A stretch of 64,000 nucleotides of DNA, taken from NCBI GenBank assembly GCA_963929765.1, contig CAWVKD010000056.1, forward strand, positions 12,060 to 76,059. Direction: 5' to 3'. A program made the position numbers and the translations under genes. The notes under the pieces are model-generated. The model was not told the DNA's origin, made no database searches, and saw only the letters and a program-made list of their open reading frames with translations. Below are positions 58,733 through 64,000 of this stretch, piece after piece (position 1 is the stretch's first letter; each line of letters opens with the position of its first letter). This stretch comes from Clostridia bacterium. GTDB lineage: Bacteria; Bacillota; Clostridia; Oscillospirales; Oscillospiraceae.

Positions 58733-59911
58733 ATGTATGATTTTGAAACCTTGCGGCAGCGTCGCGGGGGAGGAGCAGAGAAATGGGCAGCGCTTTCTGT
58801 GTCATCTTATACAGACCCAGATATCATCCCCTTTTCTGTGGCAGATATGGAGTTTCTGGTTGCGCCTGAAATCCGGGATGCACTACACCAAAAAGTGGAG
58901 TTTGGTGTGTTTGGGTATACGGTTGCAGATGATGCCTACCAGTCCGCTGTGTGTCAGTGGATGAAAAGCCGGCACGACTGGGACGTATTACCTGAATGGT
59001 TGGTGCAAACTGGCGGAGTGGTAGCGGCTATGGGTCACGCTATTCGGGGCTTGACAGAACCAGGAGATGGTATTTTAATTCAACCTCCTGTTTATCCACC
59101 GTTTCGACATCTGGTGCGCAGAAGCGGTAGGACTCTGGTCACGAATCCATTAAAGTGGGAAAATGGCAGATACACCATGGATTTTGACGACTTGGAAGAA
59201 AAAGCAAAACAGGCAAAACTGATGTTGCTTTGCAGTCCTCATAATCCAGTGGGCAGGGTCTGGACCCGAGATGAATTACTCAAAGTGGCAGATATTTGCA
59301 ATCGCCACCATGTTTTGGTATTTTCAGACGAAATTCATTTTGATTTTATTTATCCAGGGCATCATCATACTGTATATGCAACGTTGAATGAAACCTGTCG
59401 AGAGCATTGTATCATTGGTACAGCTGCAAGTAAATCTTTTAACCTAGCTGGCCTTGCGACCAGCAATATTGTGATTCCCAATGAAGAGCTGAGAAAGCGG
59501 TTTTTCAAACAGATGTTTCTAGAAGCCGGAGAACTGAATCAGTATTTTGGTTTTGCCGCGACTCGGGCCGCCTATGAAAAAGGGACGGATTGGCTGGAGG
59601 AACTTTTGGTCTATTTGAAGGAAAACGAAGTATTTTGTCGCACGTTTTTACAAGAAAATTTTCCAGATGTTATCGTGTCTCCTTTAGAGGGGACGTATTT
59701 GTTATGGGCTGATTTTCGCAGTTTTAACTTGGAGCCAAAGGCGCTAGAACAATTCATGATTCAAGAAGCGGCTCTTTTTTTAGATGAGGGATACATTTTT
59801 GGCCCAGAGGGAGCCGGGTTTGAAAGAATTAATTTAGCTTGCCCCCGGCGTTATCTGGAAGCGGCTCTTGTCCGTTTGAGAAATGCAGCGAAACGCAAAG
59901 GCTTGATCTGA
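58733..59911 (+). CDS. patB: PatB/MalY-family C-S lyase (class I/II aminotransferase fold)
   Basis: Reads MYDFETLRQRRGGGAEKW... with CSPHNPVGRVW and the PLP lysine motif ASKSFNLAG. The start is 58718, 58727 or 58733. I favour 58733 because of GGAGAG spacing. Confidence 0.88.
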   Translation: MYDFETLRQRRGGGAEKWAALSVSSYTDPDIIPFSVADMEFLVAPEIRDALHQKVEFGVFGYTVADDAYQSAVCQWMKSRHDWDVLPEWLVQTGGVVAAMGHAIRGLTEPGDGILIQPPVYPPFRHLVRRSGRTLVTNPLKWENGRYTMDFDDLEEKAKQAKLMLLCSPHNPVGRVWTRDELLKVADICNRHHVLVFSDEIHFDFIYPGHHHTVYATLNETCREHCIIGTAASKSFNLAGLATSNIVIPNEELRKRFFKQMFLEAGELNQYFGFAATRAAYEKGTDWLEELLVYLKENEVFCRTFLQENFPDVIVSPLEGTYLLWADFRSFNLEPKALEQFMIQEAALFLDEGYIFGPEGAGFERINLACPRRYLEAALVRLRNAAKRKGLI

Positions 59912-59935
59912 ATAGAACAGAAAGTGGAATCAAAT

Positions 59936-59975
59936 AAAAGAACCTGTACAGTAATTGCTGTACAGGTTCTTTTTC
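59936..59975. terminator. bidirectional intrinsic terminator
   Basis: Stem aaaagaacctgtacag / ctgtacaggttctttt with a 6-nt loop. Confidence 0.7.
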
Positions 59976-59992
59976 GCTTTAATCATTTATGG

Positions 59993-60616
59993 TTAAAACT
60001 CTTTTTTTCCGTATATATGAAGAGAGATCCAAAAAGAAAGACCAAAAAGAAGACCAATGAGGCATGGCGAGAGAGAAAAAAATAAGGAAAAATGAGAAAG
60101 TGCAGGGAAGGAAATTCCTGATTTTTCCATTAAGAGTACGATGATAAATGGAAGAAAAACAATACCTGCCATAAGGATACGCCCTTTTTCTACACCAAAG
60201 CGAAATAAAATGGGGAAGAGAATAGAGAGAAAAAGCAGTCCTGCTTCTAACGCTAAAAAAGACGTAAGCATTATTTCTGAAAAAGAAGCTAGATGTTGAG
60301 GAAGGGAAACAATACAATGAAGAAAAATAGAAAATACAGTGCCTACAAACCCCGCAAGAAAGCCCAAAAGATATTTGCTGCCAACCAACTGTTTTCTGGT
60401 GATTGGCATGGACAAAGCGTATTTTTCCCAGCTGGAAGTTTCGTCATAGGCTTGAGCGGTAATGGGAAGCATGACTGATAATAATGTGATCATAGCAGTG
60501 AGAAAACCAATGTTTTTTTGTAAAATGGAGAGAAAAGTATAGAGGCCAATGATACATAACAAAACCCGAAATTGCCTTCTGAGACTAAAAATATCCTTAA
60601 GCAATAAGGCTTTCAT
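59993..60616 (-). CDS. ABC-2-type transporter permease
   Basis: 207 aa with 6 TM helices, downstream of the cognate ATPase. Confidence 0.7.
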   Translation of the reverse strand: MKALLLKDIFSLRRQFRVLLCIIGLYTFLSILQKNIGFLTAMITLLSVMLPITAQAYDETSSWEKYALSMPITRKQLVGSKYLLGFLAGFVGTVFSIFLHCIVSLPQHLASFSEIMLTSFLALEAGLLFLSILFPILFRFGVEKGRILMAGIVFLPFIIVLLMEKSGISFPALSHFSLFFSLSPCLIGLLFGLSFWISLHIYGKKEF

Positions 60617-60636
60617 CTTTTTATTTTCTCCTTTCC

Positions 60637-61476
60637 TTATTCTTCTTTCATGAAGAATAGCATGATCTCTTCTAAACTGGGTTGTTCCAGAAGAAGTGGT
60701 TTGTGCAACTGTTTGCGGTTGACAAGGGCTTCCGCACCGTATTCATGGTATCGAATGCCGACGATACTATCTTTTGATAGTTCTGACAAATCTTGCTTGC
60801 TACAGTGTAATAAACCATATTCCTCCAGTAATTCGTCTTTTGGTTGATTGAAAACAAGCTTACCTTGATGGATAAATACAATATAGTCTGCTACTTTCGA
60901 AAGGTCACTGATGATGTGGGTAGAAATCAAAATAGAATGTCGCTCATCTTGGATGAATTCTAAGAAAATGTCTAACAGTTCATCTCTGGCCATAGGGTCA
61001 AGTCCGCTGGTGGCTTCGTCCAACAGTAACAGGTGGGCATTGTGCGATAGGGCCACTGCCATTGATAGCTTCATTTTCATACCGCGAGAGAACTCTTTAA
61101 CCATCTGTTTGTGGGGCAATTCAAATGTTTGCACATAAAAATCAAATAGATGGGAATCCCATTGAGAATACATCAATCGCATAACGGCTTTTACATCTGC
61201 AATGCGAAAATTTTCGGGGAAATTGGATTCATCAAATACCACTCCGATTTTCTCTCGAATGGATGTTGCCGCTTGATGGAGTTCCTTTCCAAAAAGTTGG
61301 ATTTCCCCTGCGTCACGACGAAGCAAATTCAGAATAAGTTTTATGATGGTACTTTTCCCTGCACCGTTTTCTCCTACAAGTCCTACGATACATCCTGGTG
61401 GAACAGAAAACGAAATATCATCTAAACAAAAAGAAGGGAAGGATTTGCAGACGTGTTGTAATTCCAAGATATTCAT
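60637..61476 (-). CDS. ABC transporter ATP-binding protein
   Basis: 279 aa with GENGAGKST, the signature FSRGMKMKL and LLLLDEATSGLD. Confidence 0.92.
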   Translation of the reverse strand: MNILELQHVCKSFPSFCLDDISFSVPPGCIVGLVGENGAGKSTIIKLILNLLRRDAGEIQLFGKELHQAATSIREKIGVVFDESNFPENFRIADVKAVMRLMYSQWDSHLFDFYVQTFELPHKQMVKEFSRGMKMKLSMAVALSHNAHLLLLDEATSGLDPMARDELLDIFLEFIQDERHSILISTHIISDLSKVADYIVFIHQGKLVFNQPKDELLEEYGLLHCSKQDLSELSKDSIVGIRYHEYGAEALVNRKQLHKPLLLEQPSLEEIMLFFMKEE

Positions 61477-61478
61477 TT

Positions 61479-61862
61479 TTAAGATTCCTCCTGGTATAAA
61501 ATGGACAGGCTTTCCACAAGTTCAGCCAAAGAAATACCAGCAGCTCGAGCAATGTCTGCGGCTTCTTGTAAATGACCTTCTGCTTGACGGAAATGTTCCT
61601 CTCGGATCAATGCAGGATCTTGGCAAGAGACAAAACTACCTTTTCCAATGACGGATTGAGTAAAGCCTTGACGTTCCAGTTCCTCATAAGCCCGTTTTGT
61701 TGTAATAACGCTGATGCGTAGTTCCTTTGCCAAATGACGCATGGAGGGAAGTGGATCCCCTTCTTTTAGTGCACCTGTCAAGATCAGCTGCTTGATCTGA
61801 GAGACAATTTGCTCATAAATTGGTTTTTCTCCCGTATTTCGAATAATAATATCCACAAGCAT
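61479..61862 (-). CDS. GntR-family (YtrA subfamily) transcriptional regulator
   Basis: 127 aa reading PIYEQIVSQIKQLILTGALKEGDPLPSMRHLAKELRISVITTKRAYEELE. An alternative GTG start at 61856 has better RBS spacing. Confidence 0.9.
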   Translation of the reverse strand: MLVDIIIRNTGEKPIYEQIVSQIKQLILTGALKEGDPLPSMRHLAKELRISVITTKRAYEELERQGFTQSVIGKGSFVSCQDPALIREEHFRQAEGHLQEAADIARAAGISLAELVESLSILYQEES

Positions 61863-61884
61863 CCCTCATTACTGCCTAACAAAT

Positions 61885-61909
61885 ATTGTATATATAGATT
61901 ATATACAAT
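61885..61909. promoter_or_regulatory. candidate YtrA-type operator: 10-bp inverted repeat overlapping the operon promoter
   Basis: ATTGTATATA tagat TATATACAAT. It overlaps the minus-strand -10 (TATAAT, 61898-61903) of a TTGACA (61920-61925) N16 promoter. Confidence 0.5.
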
Positions 61910-62048
61910 ATGAGCAATATGTCAAGGGCGTGAGCAAAAAAGTTTACAGTTCATTTCTTGCGGCATAAAGCGGAGTTTGTTACAATAATAAAAACTTGAA
62001 AATAGGGAAATGGGGGATGGAACAAGGACTCCCCAGAGGAAGGCGATT

Positions 62049-62738
62049 ATGAAACAAGAAAAACATGAGCTTTTACATAAACTGATTCAACAGCATCCGG
62101 ATGATTCGTTGGAACAATTTCAAGCATTTCGGGAAATGTCCATGATGTATCAATCAGCCATTCGGGAGATCACAACGAAGTTAGAGATTTTGAATGACGA
62201 ATTGTCATTACGGCATAACCAAAATCCTATCGAATCGATTAAATCCAGAGTAAAAACTCCCCTGAGCATTATGAAAAAATTAGAACGCAAGGGGAAAGAA
62301 ATTTCAATTGAATCAGTTGCCGATTGCATCTACGATGTAGCGGGAGTTCGGGTGATCTGCTCGTTTATTGATGATATCTATCGAGTAGCAGATATGTTAA
62401 GAGCGCAAGACGATGTAACAGTGATTGCAATCAAAGATTACATCAAGAATCCGAAGCCAAATGGGTATCGAAGTTATCATATGATTGTAGAAATTCCAGT
62501 TTTCTTTTCCGATAGGAAACAGAATCTAAACGTTGAAATACAAATTCGGACAGTGGCGATGGATTTTTGGGCAAGTCTGGAACACCAGCTTAAATACAAA
62601 ACGGAGATAGAACATGCAGAAAAAATTACGGAGGAACTAAAAAAATGCGCAGATGTGGTGGCGGCTGCCGATGAGCATATGATGGTGATCCGAAAAATGG
62701 TAGAACAGCAAAAAACAAAAGAGCGGCTGGATGAGTAA
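62049..62738 (+). CDS. relQ: small alarmone synthetase (RelQ/RelP-type GTP pyrophosphokinase)
   Basis: 229 aa from the ATG at 62049, with GAGGAAGG upstream. Contains DVAGVRVICSF, GYRSYHMIV and EIQIRTVAMDFWASLEHQLKYK. Confidence 0.9.
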   Translation: MKQEKHELLHKLIQQHPDDSLEQFQAFREMSMMYQSAIREITTKLEILNDELSLRHNQNPIESIKSRVKTPLSIMKKLERKGKEISIESVADCIYDVAGVRVICSFIDDIYRVADMLRAQDDVTVIAIKDYIKNPKPNGYRSYHMIVEIPVFFSDRKQNLNVEIQIRTVAMDFWASLEHQLKYKTEIEHAEKITEELKKCADVVAAADEHMMVIRKMVEQQKTKERLDE

Positions 62739-62760
62739 GGACTCATCCAGCCGCTCTTTT
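62721..62760 (+). terminator. intrinsic terminator overlapping the relQ stop
   Basis: Stem gagcggctggatgagt / actcatccagccgctc followed by TTTT. Confidence 0.6.
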
Positions 62761-62775
62761 AAAAATTACGTATTT

Positions 62776-63714
62776 TTACATGCGTTTACGTTGTTCCGGG
62801 GTGAGGGTACGCAAATCGTAAGGAGTGGACTGATAAACGTAATAGTTCAGCCAATTAGTGTATAGGAGTTGACCGTGAGAACGCCAGGAAACAATGGGAG
62901 GCAAAGATGGATTATCTCCCGGGAAATAATGTTCCGGGAGGGCGATGGACTTTCCAGCTGCTAGATCACGGTGATATTCCAATGCCAAAGTGTCTGGGTC
63001 GTATTCAGGATGGCCCATAATGAAAAAGTGACGACTATCCTTGGATTTTACAGCAAACACACCCGCCTCTTTGGAAACAGATAACAGTTCTAGAGCATCC
63101 ACTGCCAGAATATCTTCTTTCCAAACTTCTGTATATCGGCTGTGGGGAACGGAGAATACATCATCGAATCCACGAAAAAAAGGAGAGGTTTTTTTGAGCA
63201 CTGTATGTTCGTAGATGCCAAACAGCTTTTTAGGTAAACTCCGTTTGGGAATGCCATAGTGAAAATACAATCCTGCTTGGGCACCCCAACAGATATGAAG
63301 AGTGCAATATACGTTGGTGCGAGACCAGGCCATAATATCACATAGCTCATCCCAGTAATCCACAGCTTCAAATTCCATATTTTCTACTGGTGCACCTGTA
63401 ATGATCATGCCATCATATTGCTGGTCTCGGATTTGGCTGAAGGAAGTATAAAACGATTCCAAATGAGACTTATCTACATTTTTGGCAATATGACTTACCG
63501 TTTGTAAAAGGTCCACTTCAATTTGAAGAGGAGTATTGGAAAGCTTTCGCAAAAGCTGGGTTTCCGTTGTGATTTTTGTCGGCATTAAATTGAGGATCAA
63601 GAGTTTTAACGGTCGAATATCCTGATGCATGGCACGATATTCTGTCATAACGAAAATATTTTCGCTTTCCAGTGTAGCACGTGCAGGCAACGAGTCAGCA
63701 ATTTTGATTGGCAT
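62776..63714 (-). CDS. metA: homoserine O-acyltransferase MetA
   Basis: 312 aa reading [11 protein letters not shown]...[15 protein letters not shown]...HICWGAQAG. This is MetA-like over the full length. AAGGAGG RBS upstream. Confidence 0.93.
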   Translation of the reverse strand: MPIKIADSLPARATLESENIFVMTEYRAMHQDIRPLKLLILNLMPTKITTETQLLRKLSNTPLQIEVDLLQTVSHIAKNVDKSHLESFYTSFSQIRDQQYDGMIITGAPVENMEFEAVDYWDELCDIMAWSRTNVYCTLHICWGAQAGLYFHYGIPKRSLPKKLFGIYEHTVLKKTSPFFRGFDDVFSVPHSRYTEVWKEDILAVDALELLSVSKEAGVFAVKSKDSRHFFIMGHPEYDPDTLALEYHRDLAAGKSIALPEHYFPGDNPSLPPIVSWRSHGQLLYTNWLNYYVYQSTPYDLRTLTPEQRKRM

Positions 63715-63837
63715 AAGGATCCTCCTTTGTTTGGGGCAAGTCGGTTTGTGTATACACAGACAGCCGGCATTTCTTGGAATAACAGCATGTTATGAACAAA
63801 ACTGAGGGGAAAAGATTCACTTTGCAAACTATTTTTC

Positions 63838-63866
63838 ATTATAACATAGGGAAAAGTTCCTTTCAA
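63838..63866 (-). promoter_or_regulatory. candidate sigma-A promoter of metA
   Basis: On the minus strand: TTGAAA, 17 nt, TATAAT with a TGn extension (aTGtTATAAT). The implied leader is about 115 nt. Confidence 0.45.
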
Positions 63867-64000
63867 GTAAAAGCCATCGGGTTTCTCTGCCGGGTATACA
63901 TAATAAAAATAAAAGAACAGACAAAAAGATGCAGGCATGCTGATTGCATTATAAAATATTTTTTATTGATTTGATTGGCGGAAATCTTCTTATAAGCCCT

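Noticed and set aside
63672-63687. CACGTG-centred sequence checked as a possible parS site
   Set aside because: Only the central hexamer and 3 flanking bases match TGTTNCACGTGAAACA. I found no convincing parS anywhere in the window by eye, but a proper pattern scan is needed.

Overview
This window is the chromosomal replication-origin region of a low-GC Firmicute. spoVT, an SLH-domain protein and NfnAB point to a spore-forming Clostridia-type organism. The core is rnhA-gyrA-gyrB-remB-recF-dnaN-dnaA on the minus strand, with DnaA-box clusters on both sides of dnaA. rpmH-rnpA-yidD-yidC-jag lies on the plus strand about 9 kb away. The rest is mostly housekeeping:
- Cell shape: maf (3' end), mreC, mreD, PBP2.
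- tRNA modification: mnmG and mnmA.
- Transport: tungstate TupABC, a CDF transporter, a MATE pump, and ABC exporters.
- Metabolism and other functions: prmA, NfnAB, guaB, cobB, metF, thiolase, yloU/yloV, patB, relQ, metA.
- Two stand-alone tRNA genes: Val-GAC and Thr-CGU.

I saw no rRNA, CRISPR array, IS or transposase, integrase, prophage or recognisable defence island, and I cannot name one clear-cut novel system. The observations most worth follow-up are:
- a TupA tungstate-binding lipoprotein that looks circularly permuted;
- a PF04199 cyclase-family hydrolase translationally coupled between mnmG and mnmA;
- an 8.6-kb block of genes separating rpmH from dnaA/oriC, so the gene-orientation switch and the DnaA-box clusters do not coincide;
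- a 48-nt near-perfect palindrome over the start of a Cys-rich protein downstream of NfnAB and a TSCPD protein;
- a structured, unclassified leader upstream of tupA.

All family assignments come from reading motifs by eye. No searches were run. Promoter, terminator and start-codon calls are manual and approximate.
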